Of a DNA stretch of 64,000 nt, positions 51,046 to 64,000 are shown piece by piece. The notes under the pieces are model-generated. The model made no database searches. It was not told where the DNA came from and saw nothing but the letters and a program-made list of their open reading frames with translations. The stretch's first letter is position 1; every line of letters starts with the position of its first letter. A program made the translations under genes and the position numbers. The DNA is from Cenococcum geophilum. Taxonomy: Eukaryota. The DNA lies in assembly GCA_050273025.1 (NCBI GenBank), contig CP158635.1, positions 31,744,001-31,808,000 on the forward strand, read 5' to 3'.

Positions 51046-53178
51046 TTTTTTTTTTTTTATATCCATTGTATTATACTACGTACAATACTGCGTATGCAGC
51101 CTTAGGCTATGGCGCTATAGTTCTATATACATAAATCCTTTCTAGGCAGCTTAATATGTGTTAGTAGCTATATCCTAGTAGTTTATAAACCCCTAATTTA
51201 GGAGTTTATAGTTTCCTAGTAAAATACTAAGATACTACAACTACTAGGGAATGAGAAAGTGGTAAGAAAAACTATAAGAAATCCTAACCCCTGTCCCTAT
51301 CCTTTTGCAATTTATTTCTATTCTTTTGCTCTCTAATATCTTTTTAAGAGCCTAGTAGGGGTTGCCTCCTTCTAGAATCCTATCTATTTTATTCTTCTAT
51401 AGAATCTTCTTCGCGTACTAGTTTAGCAGCTTTAAGAGTTTCGCAGTCTTTACTATTAGTAAAGTGTTTTTCTTTACAATTAATGCAAAGAGGGGTGGTA
51501 TGCTGGCAAGGCTTGCCTGTTATTATACAGGTAGAACAGGAATAGTCTTTAGATAAATATACAGCCGTACAGTATCTGCAGGCCCTAGTAGAGCACCTAT
51601 CTCCTATATGGCCAAATTTTTGGCAGCTCGTACACTGCGTAGTAGGAGAGACTTCGAGGTATTTTACTACCTTAGTAGCTGTACCTGCAATTAATATCTC
51701 TTTTTGCTTAAGGATTTCTTGTCTTTTTTCTTCGTTCTCTATAGTAAAAACTATAGAGCTAAATCTGGTCTATAGATTATGTCTTTTTTCGCTAGATAAG
51801 ATCTATCTAGGTAGTCCTTGTATCCTTATAGGATTAAAGGTCTCAATTTCTTCTTTTAGAAGCTTAGAGCCTCCTTCTCCTAAGAAAGGTAGGGTAGGAA
51901 CCCTATAGGCTACAATTTAAACCCATGGTTCTAATTTTTATTCTCTTTAAAAGGTAAAGCAGGTATGCTAGATCTCCTTATATTTAACTAGGAAATCTGC
52001 ATTATACTCTTCTATAGTTATAAGGAGAATATTTTGTTTTCCTTTAGTTCTAGCTATAGACGCTAGTACTAGCTTTTTTACTTGCAGTTTTAATGCAAAT
52101 AGTTGGTTGACTTTGTTTTGTATAGAGAAGGTATCTAAAGGTTAGTCCTTTTTGTCTGTAATTAGGACTAGCTTCCTTTCTTATAGCTGCTTTTTCTTAC
52201 TTCTAGTAGAAGTAGAACTCCTACTAGAATGAGAAGGGGTAGAAGGTGGTGGTAGTAATAATGAGGAGGGTAGAGAGGGCGAAGAAGGGAGGTCTCTCTT
52301 TAGTCTTTCTGCGTAAGTTTCTTTAGTAGAAGCTACCTCCTTACGGAGAGCTTTTACTTCTTCTACTAGTCCTTTTAGGACATTATTTGCCTTCTCTTTT
52401 TCTTTTTCTTCTTCTTCTTCTTGTGTAAAGGGACTTTCTCCTAATAGAATACTTCGTGTGTAGTACACTAGCTATTTAACTTGTTCTTTTATTTCTTCTC
52501 TTTCTTCTTCTTCTTCTTCTAGCCCTTTATAGGCCTTAGTTAGGCTTTCTAATGCAAAGCTTAGATGTTGTCCTAGAGAAAAGAAATAGGAGGGTATATC
52601 ATCCGTACTATCTGTAGTAGTTATTAGTTTTGTTGTCTTTTTTACAGGTTTTTAGTTTTCTTTTTTAGGAGAAGACTAAGGATGTCTTCTTTTTTCTCCT
52701 GCCCTAATTAGGCTAGAAGAAGGAGAAGGGGGAGAGCAAGTAGATGTAGAGCCTTTATCACTTATTTTTATAGGTTTTTTTTTAGACCTATTAGGCCTTG
52801 GCATTTTGTATCTTATATAGGGGTTCCTAGTTTTTACTATCCTTATACCCTTTCTCCTTACTAATCCTACTAGAAGATTTCTAGGGAGATTAGGCTAAAA
52901 GGTAGTAGAAAGTCTAGCCTCTATATTTCGTGGTTTTGGTATTTGGTTTTGGTGTTCCTATTTGTGCCTCGCTTATAAGCTAGGACCACCCCTAAGAAGA
53001 ATTTTCTGTTAGGGGAAAGGGGGTAAAATGACAAATAAATCCACCTCTAGCTCGCTAGGCAGTAGGAATTAAGTCTTAAAAGTTGGAAAATCGATTGTTT
53101 TTGATGGTAAGATGGGTATGCGTAAGTTTTAAAGTGTGGCGCTACCTTTTGGTAAGGTTGCATGTGCGGTGAAGGTCT
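51046..53178 (-). mobile_element. Non-autonomous non-LTR retroposon encoding only an ORF1 (gag-like zinc knuckle) protein
   Basis: Poly(A) tail (T run 51046-51058), TSD T(G/A)GTGTTAC; ORF1 ATG 52804 to TAA ~51389 with QCTSCQKFGH, CRYC and CINCKEKH..C; no endonuclease or RT. Confidence 0.85.
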
Positions 53179-53837
53179 TAGTGTTACATTATATATAAAC
53201 TATATAACTAATAATAATAATACCTAATTATTCTATACGTAATTAATATAATGTCTTAAATACTGTTCTAGCGTCTAATTTAATCTCTTTATCTATCCGT
53301 CTATCTATGGGTAATATACTATTAATATTGCTGCGCGAACTCCTTATTCCGCTAAGAATACCTCCTAAAACAATATTATAAGTCTTAAATCTCTATCTAA
53401 TATAATCTTACTTAGTGCTCTATATCTTATAAATACTTCCTTAATATAAATTTTAGCAATATCTTCTACTAAGATTTCTTCCGTATATGCTATAAAGTAG
53501 CCCTACTTAGTTAACTTATCTATTATTATAAGAATTACGTTATACTCCTATCCGGTAATAGAATCTCTTAACTTTAGTAACTTAATAATAAAGTCCTATA
53601 ATATAACCTCCTATAGTCTTTCTAGTATTTTAATAGGTTATAGCCCTCTATATAGCTTATACCTTATTAGTTTATTTCTTTAGCAATTTAGATACTCCTT
53701 TATTACTTTTCTTAAAATCTTAACACTAAGCCTATTGCTCTATTATATTCTTAAGTTATTCCCTTATATAAATCCTCTATAAAATCCTCTATAATACTCT
53801 TTAGAATATACTTTACTTCTTAATTTTTATATATATC

Positions 53838-56800
53838 TGTTGGTCACATAGGGTGACTCACCAATAATGACTACTTGAGTAGGTTACGGTGATGTTGGTT
53901 AATAAAGCTTATTAATAGGAATGAGGAAGGGCGAGGAGCTTAAGACTCCTTGCCACGCTAGTGCCGCGGCGTTACGTGACAACCGCTTGCCTTGTTCCCG
54001 ACACTAGCAACTCTTTTTTTATAGTTGCTATTTATATATAAATACTGCCTGACTAGCGTAATAAATATAAACCCTTCTTACTTACTGTTGCCATTATAAT
54101 ATAAGTCTCGCTGTTCTAAAATTTGCCTCTTAGCACGTAGTGCTTTCCTACTTAGGAATCGTAAGTAGACGTTATATATTAGGGCCGCTAAGGCGCTAGT
54201 TATAAGCGAGTTAATAGCGATTTTTTATCCTGGGGATAGAAAATCCTGATTAGCTAATTAGAATTAGGGTTTATAGATTATTGTACTCCTACTCCCTTTT
54301 AACCTAACCTTTAACTTATATATATAGAGTGTTTATATTAATAAACGTTTTTAGAGCCTTATTTAGGTTTGCCTTTATTATTATATCTACTAGGTTATTT
54401 TAACTATTAATCTATTAAATTTTAAAGAGTTTTCGCCGTTTATAGGATTGCTAAAGTGCTATAATGTTAATTATAAGGCGCTTTTCCTTTATAGTACTAA
54501 GCTTAACTAAATACTTATAAAGGGAATATAAGTTAGTATATACGATTATAGGGATAACAGGAAGTTTAAGTTAATCTATAATTATCTTTAGGGTAGTTCT
54601 AATTATAATTACTATATTAACTCCGCCAACTATTCTATATATCTCTAATGCTAAAACGCTTTAAGTAACGCGCTTACTCTTAATTAAGCTCTAATAAATA
54701 AGATTGCCGTAGATTATAAAGCTATTCTCTCTAGTAGATTTATTTGTAATAATAATCTTATATCCTAGCTAGGAGCTAAAATCTTTATTATTTATAAACG
54801 ATCTATTAATAAATATAAAGAGCTTAGTAGTGGGAAGATTAATAAATATATAGAGTAGTCCCTAATTAAGATGGTTTATTTACTAGAAAAGACATTTATT
54901 TAGGGCAAGAGCGTTATCTTTAGTTAGTTTCTAGTGTTAAGTAGTAACGAAGAGATCAAATAAAGCCTTGGGTTAATAGATAGAAGCAATATAAACTCTA
55001 CGAGCGCGTTACTCTACGTATCCTTACTTTAGAGAATTAACGTTAATAACGTCGATCTTCTTGCCTTAACTCTTTTGGCGTAAAGTAATAGAATCCTTAT
55101 TTAGGGGGAGGATATATCTATTAAAGAGTAATAGTGTTATTAAATTAAGCTTTTCCTTTGGCTTTACTATAAGATTTGCCTTTACTAGCTTGTTTTCTTT
55201 AAGAGCTAAAAACTGGTTATCTCCTAAGATAATTATATTATTAGTTTATATGCTAACGATTCTAAATAAAGTTTCCGTAATTATAATAAGGAAGTAAGGA
55301 TTAAATATAGAAGTAGTTATTAAAAGCTTCTCTTTATAGTGCTTACTATAGGTAGCCTATTAGTAAGTTCCTACCTCCGCAATTCTATATAATGGCTTAA
55401 GCACAACTATAATCGTATCTTTAGGATACTAGTGGCGAATTTGCTCCAGAAGGTATGCTAATATTAATTGCTAAGGGTGTATCTCTAATTGGGTATAGGC
55501 TTAAGTAATATCTTATATATAAACCGCCATTTTATTCTTTATTAAGGAGGAAGCTAGCGTAATAATAACTCGCTAACTAGCTTATTAAATTATAGGAGAT
55601 TACATAAGAATTACCTCCTTACTATTATTATTATAACCTTAGATAATAAGCCTTAATTTCTTAAATAAGGCGTTAGTAGCTTTGCCTTTAATCTTATTAA
55701 CTATTCTTAACTTAAAGATGCGAACTCTATCGAACTTAATAGAGTTATACTTCTTAAATTTAAAGACTCCTACTTATTAGATGCTTAGAAAGGAGCTTTA
55801 GGGGTTATAATATAACCTTCCTTTTAGAGCTGTTTTGCGAGCTTAAAGTTATTATTCTCCTTAACTATTATAAAGGCTATTAATAACTTAACTCTATTCT
55901 TAATAGCGGCAATAAATTGCTCTTTAAAATTAATAAGATATTAGTAATTTTGTAATTCTTTTGGGTGACCTCTACTGCGTTATAGTTGCGGTATATCTAC
56001 TATAATTATATTAGAATTGCAGTCGCCTTCTAGAGCACATTAATTGTGGTTCTCCTTTAGGGCATTTTATAAAGGCTTAAAACTGTTATCTTTATAGTAA
56101 GGCTTAATAATAGTTAAACAGAATTAAGTAGGTCCGTAAGGCATCTAAATAGTATAAGTTTAACTATTAATTATAATAAGTTAATGTAGGCCTAACTATC
56201 CTCCCTTTTTATATAATATATACGTACCTTAAACTAGAGTAGCAGATCAAGCGTAGTTAAGGTATTTAGGCCATTTCTTATTCCTAGTACGTTATTAACC
56301 TAGCATATAGTATAGAGACATTATACCTTCTTTATTGCCTTATAAATAGCCTTAGCTTATTATATAATAGAGGGAGATAGTAGAGAATTATTAGTCATTT
56401 AAGGGTAGGCGCTAAAGACTAGCAATATAGGTATATGCCTATTTAGGCTAGCGGAGTCGTTAATAGCCTTAATAGCCATTTATAAGATAAGCTTTTTGCT
56501 AGCGTCCTCTAGTTCTAAAGAAATAATCTTATATACGCGGCGTAATAGCGTATAATATCGCTTTACTTTTCTAATACTATTATATACCTTAATAGGGACT
56601 TCCTTAACCTTAATTGCTATTACCTTTATCTGTTATTAAAACTTTATAAATAAGAAGTTCTTTTCTATATTATAAATAATTTAATTAGGGGGTTCTAGGT
56701 AAATATTAATCTAGTATAACTAAAGGGTATCCTATATATTTCTAGCTAATATATCCTTTAAGAAACTTGCGGCTTAGAAGGAGGTTAAGAAGTTAATAAC

Positions 56801-59800
56801 TTAAAGTACTAGCTTGCCGCTAAGATATATAACGTTAATAATAATATAGAAGTTAAAGTTGTAGTTATCTTTAAGGGTGAACTTAAATCGGCTAGGGGAC
56901 TTCTAGTTTATTTGGTAGTAATAGTAGTACTTTATAAGATACTTAATTGCTTTAACCTTAACTTTATAGCCTACTTACTAAAGAACCCTAAGTAATTAAT
57001 AAACGGATAGGTGGCTAAAACGACGGTATAGTTAATATAACTTTAATTTAGTTAGGTGGCTTTAAGCAACGCTCTTTTCTAGTTAATAAAGGAGTAACTA
57101 GGGGTAACCCTACTTGCGTATAATAGATACCTATCTCCCTATACGAGCATATTTTTAAGGTTATTAAGCTTAATATCTAATTTATTTATATCTCTAATGT
57201 AAAATAGAAATAGAGTATTTATAGGAATAATGTGGAAAGTGATGCACCCTAAGGGGGTTTAGACCCTAATTGTGCTAAGAGAGATTATAGTACCCTTACT
57301 AAAACGAATTGTATATTAGCCTACCGTTAAATAGTTAATCTAAATAGAGTTACTAAGCTGCTAAAGGGCTTAAACTTAAGGTTCTCCTACTATAGATATT
57401 TCTGCGGCTCTAATATTTAGTATAATACTATAGAAGATATTCGCTAAGTATCTGTTGTTAAAGGAGAACGCGGAGCCCTCCTTTAGCTTATTAAAGATAT
57501 CTAACTTTATAATAGAATAGAGCGTAGATTAGTTATTAAGAATAGCAACAGTTTATGTACCATCTACCTTACTATACTTAGTAAAGTAATAGTTAGGTAA
57601 GTAGTCCTTAATTTCCATATCTATAAGGAGCTATTTGGCCTTATTAACCTTACCTTTAAGATCTTTTACGCCTTTATATTAAACTAGGAAACTTTAAAAG
57701 TAGGCTATAGTAGCCTTATAATTTCTAACGTTTTTTATACTCTAGCGAAACTTATTATATGCCTTCTTTTATTTATTAAGAGAATGCCTAGTTAACTAGC
57801 AATTTAGTTTCTTATAAACGTAGTACTTTTTCTAGCAATTACTTCGGAATGAACCTCTATAAGGACCTCCACCTTTACCTTATAGCCGTTAATTATACCC
57901 TCTACTATATTACCTACTACGGCCACTATATATTCGATTAGTCCAGTTATAATTATATTAGTCGGCCAGGTTGTCTGGGTTAATTAAAGTAGACTAAAGT
58001 TAGGCGTTAAATTGCGGTATTTCTTAAGAGCGTAGAGCGGTGCTAATAGAAGATCTTAGTTAAGTATATACTCCTTTATAAGTATTTATAGAATTAAAGA
58101 GAGTAAGGTTGTATTCTTTAACGCCTTAATATACGCTAATAACTTAATTACGTAGGCTAAAATCCTCTTAATATAATTTGGATAAACTACGCTAAATTAT
58201 CTAAAGTTAATTAAAGAGCTTTTAAAGATAATTAAGCCGAGGGATACCTGGGTTTATAGTAATAATCCTTAAAAAGGTAGTCTCTCTCTATTCTAATATA
58301 TACTGCTACTTATTCTCTTCTATTTTAAAGTGGTATCTTAACTTATATATTATGCGGTTAAAATTATATCCTTCCCCTGCCAAATAATTATAATAGAAGG
58401 TACTAGTTTAGCCCTTAAGCATAACAGAATAGGCGTTATAGTATTAATTAGACTCTATTCCTACCTTCTAGTAATAGTTATAAAAGATACGTAGTTTTAA
58501 ATTAAGAATATTATATAATTCCCTGCTAAACTTCTTCTTCTAATTTAAATAGAGCTTCGCAAGCTCTGTAAGCAATTTTAAACTACCTCCAATTTAAGAT
58601 TAAGATAAAGGAGGTAGGAGTTGCATTATAGGCTGTAGTGGGGACATAGGTCTGGCTAGTAGAGTCTAAAGGTTAGTAAATTATAAAGTAATAGGATCCT
58701 ATGCCTACTTTTATTAGGGTATAGTATCTAATATTAAAGTTATGGGTTAAATTGGATATATAGGAGTTAAAGGCGGAGGTAGATTCGTCTCTAGAGGTAT
58801 ATTACTTAAATTCTATTATAAGTTAAGCTTCCTTATAGTGCGTAGTTGGTGCTTAATCTCTTATAGAGTCCATTTATGCTCTTTTTTTACGTTAATAACC
58901 TACTCCTAAATATTGTCTCTAATAATGCCCCTATCTATAGGGATAAATACTCTATTCTCCTAAAGGAAGTTATAAAAGTCCTATATAATATCCTTATTCG
59001 CAAGAGCTTATATTTCCTTTATCTATTTAATAAAGTCCTCCTTTATATAGTACTATAGTATAATATCGTTATATTCGCTATCTTTATAGTATACTATGCG
59101 GTGTAATAAGAATCTGTTTAAGTCTTACTAATTAATATCTTTAAGGTTAGTTATATCGGTGTTTTATATCTCTGGGTTAATGTCGTCCTCGTACTTCTTT
59201 AGGTAGGTTAACACTATAATAGCTATTATTAAAGGTTGTTTAACACGTTTTTAATAAAAATTAAGGGAAATAAAGGTTGTTTAATATATAGTTAGGTAGT
59301 AATTGTGATCCTACGGTCTGTGAAGGTATACTGAAGGTATTTAAATGGTTGTTTAATGCGTTTTAGACGTTAACTTAAAACCCTAGGTTTAGTAATACTT
59401 CTAACCTAAAGTATTTAACCAAATCTTTATAAACGCGGTTGTTTTATATAATAGATATAACTTAGTATCTCCTAGTACTTAGTGATACTTCTATTACTAG
59501 TTTTTTATAAGTCTAAGGTAGTACAGTATTGCTAGGATCTATTCTATATAAGCGCATATAGCACCCCTATATAAGACTGTCTCTTCTATTTAAAAACCTA
59601 GCTGCTCTATAGTTGACTATATATTTAACCACTAATTAGTATTAGTTATATAGGGTGACTTACTAATAACGACTACTTGAGTAGGTTACGGTGATATTGG
59701 TTAATAAAGCTTATTAATAGGAATAAGGAAGGGCGAGGAGCTTAAGACTCCTCGCTACGCTAGTGCCGTGGCGTTACGTAACGACCGCTTGCCTCGTTCC

Positions 59801-59805
59801 CGACA
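53838..59805 (-). mobile_element. Full-length Ty1/Copia element 'C' (B-family pol, different gag and LTR), RIPped
   Basis: 166-bp LTRs at 53838-54003 and 59640-59805, TSD ATATC; 54004-57962 matches B1, while 57963-59500 does not align by eye. Confidence 0.95.
54219..54245. promoter_or_regulatory. Shared palindromic module core (Copia C 3' UTR)
   Basis: GATTTTTTATCCT-G-GGGATAGAAAATC-CTGATT. Confidence 0.55.
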
Positions 59806-60376
59806 ATATCTATTTATAAATCTTCTAGTTATGCTTTTAGAATTCTTTATACCTAAAAGCTTTTTAATATCTTATAGACTCTTTTTAGTTCTCTATTCTT
59901 TTAAGTTACTACTAGCTTAGGGTAATTATACCTAATTAATCCGTCCTTATCTCTACGTAGTATTACTTTTAATAGTTTCTTATTATTTTATAATTTAGCC
60001 TTTTTACTTAACGCGTCTACTTTAGCGTTCTTAGTTCCCTTAGTATACTAAATTTTAAAATAGTATTCTATAAGTATTTCTGCCTATCTAACCTATCTAT
60101 AATTAAGTTCTTTTATTATTAGAACCCCTATTAGGTTCTTATAATTTATTTTAACTATAAATCGTTTTTCTATACCTTATAAAAATGCTCTTTATTTTTT
60201 AAGTGCTATAACTATACCTAATAACTCCTTATTATAAATGTTATAGTTTAGTTCTAGTAGTATTACTTTTTAACTATAGTATGCTACTAGATGCTATATA
60301 TTCTTATACTTTTATAACAAATATACTCCTAGTATAAAGTCTAATACGTCCGTTTCTATAACCGTGTCTAGTCCTA

Positions 60377-62419
60377 TAGTAAACCCCCCTTATTACGATA
60401 TAGGGTATATAACGATATATATCTATATTACGATTTACCCCCCTTAATTAAGCCTTTTTTAGTATAATATTACGATAATCTAACTTTCAACAATATTGTT
60501 AAGCACCTACCACTAATATCACCATAAGCAGTTTTTAATTCGTTAGATTTGGCCTTTACTTACCATAAGTTTAGCCATTAAATACATTACATAACGATTA
60601 AAATTATACCCAGACCTTACTCTCTATACTTAATTCTACTATATTTATTATAGGAAGACATAAAAATTCTAAAGCGTAACGCTGTTATGGCTTCTCTAAT
60701 TACAAGCGTTAAAAAATACGTGCCTACTACTAAAAATACCCCGGCCTACTATAAAGAGAGCTTACTACCTAGGTAAGTAACTTCCTCCGTCACAAGACTA
60801 ATTAATCCTTAATATTAGAAATACTAAGCGATAAATTTTAACACCTTAATAGAGTTAAATTGCTATGTGGGAGAGGTATATAGGAGCGAAGGAGAGCTGC
60901 TAAATATCCTCTTTTAGAGGAGGCTCTTTTTAAGTAGTACTAACGCCTATAGAACTCTTGTATTCCTATTACTGGCGATCTTATATATGCTGCCGCCACT
61001 TAGTTATAGCATTAAATACCTATATTTATGGAAATAGTTAAGCTAAAGTGGTTATAAGGATGGATAGAAGGCTTTAAAGATCGTAATGGTATTTATAAGA
61101 GAAAGCAGCACGGTAAGGCTGCCTTAGTTAATATAGAAGGAGTAGAAGATCGCATAATAGAGCTTTAAGAGATTGTTACTCCTTATCTACTAAAGGATAT
61201 TTATAATATAGATAAAACAGGGCTATTTTGGAAGGCTATACTAGATACTATATTAGCTACTAAGGCTTAATTAGAAACGAAAAAGGAAAAGGTAAGAATC
61301 TCTCTTAGCTATTACTCTAATGTAAATAGTTTAGATAAGCTTCCTTTCCTTATAATTGGCTTATTATAATAACCTTGCTACTTCGCATCTAATCGCATTA
61401 ATATAGCCTTATTAAATATTATATGGAGGCATAATAAGAAGGCGTAGATAATAATGGTGATTATGCTTAATTAGCTTACCTAGTTTAATAAAAGGATGCA
61501 GGGCAGAAAGACTCTCCTCTTAATTAATAGCTTTAGCGCTTATAAAGCAGCCGTTTAAACACTTATTAAGAATAACTCTCTTAAGAATATACGCGTTAAG
61601 TTCCTCCCTTCTAATTATACCTTAGTATACTAGCCGCTTAATTAAGGGATAATTATAAATTTTAAGCTATTCTACAGGCGATCCTAGCTGTGATTTATAG
61701 TAGAGCACTCGCTTTAGGATAAGGATCCCATTAAACAGATGCATATCCTATAGGCTATTTAATGGTTAATCGCAGCTTAGGGGGAAGTTACGCCGCAGAC
61801 AATTAAAAACTGCTTTATTAAATCTACGTTATTTAGCTCTTATATTAGCCCGCGGCCTCGCCCTTAAGATTATATAGATCCTCCTATAGTTAATAAAATA
61901 CAGTAACTGGTAGAGCAGCTATATACAGCAGGAAGGATTCGCGCTATAATAGATATTTAGAATTTTATTAAGCTGCTAGGTAAGGAAGTAGAGAATTTAT
62001 TAGAGGATCTTATTAAGAGTATAGCAGAGCTCTACGTAGGGCCCAATCGCGATATGGAAATAGATAAGGAAGTTATTAATTAACCTTAAATTAAGCTTAA
62101 TAAGGCGCTTACAGCCTTATAAAAGCTTTAACTTTATAAGGAGCAGTAAAGCGATTCCAAGAGAGATGTAATTACGGCTCTATTAAGGCACGAGCGTTAA
62201 ATCTAAGGGCGACGATCTCAAAACACCAAGCAGTAGTCGATCGCGATGTATTTTGGTATAGCTAATTAATTAATTACGGCTTCGCGGGTATAGATATAAT
62301 ATCATTACCTAATTTTAATTTTAGGTGCATTTTATATATAAGTATTAAATATAACAATACCCCTTTTATAACGATACGCCTAGCTGCAAAACCCATATCG
62401 TAATAAGGGGAGTTTACTA
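60377..62419 (+). mobile_element. pogo/Tigger-like transposon 'Y', copy 2
   Basis: Near-identical to 16363-18415 (mostly transitions), same TIRs, TA TSD, inserted in Gypsy2 RT/RNase H. Confidence 0.95.
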
Positions 62420-62942
62420 TAGTTAGTAAATCTTAAGAATTAGCTCTTAGGTAAATAACTCCTTAAATTCCTTAAATAACTTCTATAATTCCTCTTTCTT
62501 TATAAGCCTAGTAAATAGTTTAATATTCTTTAACTATTATACTATAAACCTTTTATAGTAGTTATAAAACCCTAGAAATAACCTTAACTATATTATATTT
62601 TATAGTTCTTACTAACTTACTATACCTTTAATTTTCTTTAGGTCTATACTAATATATCTTAGTTTAATAATAAATTTAATAAAATTGGTCTTCTTAGTAA
62701 AGAACTTGTATTTTTTAATTACTACTAGCATCTATTCTTCTTATAGTCTCTTTAAGACCTATTTAATATATTCCCCGTGTTTTTCCTTAATTATTAAGTA
62801 GATAATAATATCGTTAAGGTATACTATAATAAACTCATTAAGGTGTTCTTTTAATATACTATTAATTCGTTTCTAGAATGTTACTAGTATATTTATTAAT
62901 CTAAATTATATAACTAATGGTTTATATAGTCCTTCTGTTCGT

Positions 62943-64000
62943 ACTAATTTAATAGTACGAGTGAGTTATATCCCGGGGCACGAAATACGTATAGTATCGT
63001 ATGCTCTTTGGGATGGTGGTGACTTGTCTTCTAATCGTACATAAAGAGGTAGAATTTAAGGGGTTTCCTGAGCTCGCTTAGCTTACGTGATTGCGTCCAT
63101 AAATTCCCGTTTGAACTCGTTCAGACACTGGCGGTACTTAAAAAATGAAACCACCTGTGTATAGCCTCCGTAATTGCTTTAATAGAACCGTAAAATATAA
63201 AAGAAATACGTAAGAAATAAAACTATAAAATACGAAAGAAATTAAGAAATAAAACTATAAAACACAAAAGAAATATATAGGAAATTCCTCCGTATAACAG
63301 GTGCTATAATTATATACTAGCGGTACTTGAAAAATAAAACCGCTTATATATAGCCTCCGTAATTTGCTTTAATAAAACTATAAAATGTAAAATATATAAA
63401 AATAAAACTGTAAAATATAAAAGAAATGCGTAAAAAATAAAACTATAAAACATAAAGAAATACATAGGAAATTCCTTCTAAGGTGCCGTCTAGGCTGCCT
63501 TCCTAACGGTGCTTTAAGCTGGCTATAAGTCCTGCTTACGGTCCGTAAATAAACCGTACGGCCTTCCGATGGGCCGTAAATGAACCATAAGTACTCCGTA
63601 AAGCTAGGTAAGCTCGCTTAATAAGCCTAACGGGCTAATACGCCTTAACTAGAACGGCTTTTCGGCTAATAGGTGGTCGAAACGGTGGTGCAGGCGGTAG
63701 GTTTTAGTACTACTGGCGGTAGCGGCGGTCCGTAAAGGAGGTAGTATATATTCCTTAACTAGGGTGTTCCTTCTCCCATATAACGGGCTCCTTAGCTATA
63801 GGCTTTGCCTTATATAGCTCGTTTTGCTTTGCCTTTATAGGGGTCTTATTTTAGGGAAGGCAGGGGTTATACGTAGGTAGGTCCATATATAGTAGGGGGA
63901 GGGTAGATGCGGTTGCCGTAGGCAGTAATTACTAGGCAGGTTGCGGAGGTTTATACAAGCTTGGCTATTATAGCTCCTTAGCTTTAGTTAACGAAGAGGG
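62943..64000. mobile_element. End of an unclassified element inserted in Gypsy2 RT
   Basis: Gypsy RT homology stops abruptly at ~62942; two ~165-190-bp direct repeats (63127-63290, 63316-63478) built from AAAACTATAAAA-like subunits follow. Confidence 0.5.

Larger units (their letters stand above)
42823..62942 (-). mobile_element. Ty3/Gypsy chromovirus 'Gypsy2' (3' LTR, antisense ORF, chromodomain, integrase, RNase H, part of RT), interrupted by several insertions
   Basis: 3' LTR 42823-43245 with PPT GAGAAAGGGGATAG on the minus strand; chromodomain ~50430-50590; KKLDYVKLGPF ~50730-50765; HPQTDGQTER ~53285-53312; ETD.SDF ~60340; YLNDIIIY (YLDD) ~62800-62822. Confidence 0.9.

Noticed and set aside
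830..59058. Short ORFs in the supplied track as real genes
   Set aside because: They are antisense or off-frame readings, or stop-bounded fragments of RIPped TE ORFs, LTRs and tandem repeats.

Overview
Fungal (filamentous ascomycete-type) AT-rich heterochromatin block made almost entirely of nested transposable elements degenerated by repeat-induced point mutation (RIP): TpA excess, CpA/TpG loss, and copies differing mostly by C>T/G>A transitions. No intact host gene is present. Most element boundaries can be fixed by terminal repeats and target-site duplications (TSDs): five Copia elements, two chromodomain Gypsy elements, a Tad1-like LINE, an ORF1-only LINE derivative, four pogo/Fot1-type DNA transposons, two hATs, a 9-bp-TSD long-TIR element, a foldback, a Tourist-like MITE, a TRIM and several solo LTRs, nested up to four levels deep. 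Most notable: (1) a Gypsy carrying an antisense, apparently intron-containing gene for a Zn(II)2Cys6 + coiled-coil + acidic-tail protein next to its 3' LTR; (2) a palindromic, CCAAT-flanked module shared by unrelated Copia and Gypsy lineages, with a compensatory base change; (3) a 443-bp TRIM with a self-priming PBS and a tRNA T-arm/B-box; (4) an ORF1-only poly(A) retroposon; (5) a non-RIPped ORF that can be reassembled across three LTR insertions. Protein readings come from manual translation with RIP changes reverted; no database searches were run.
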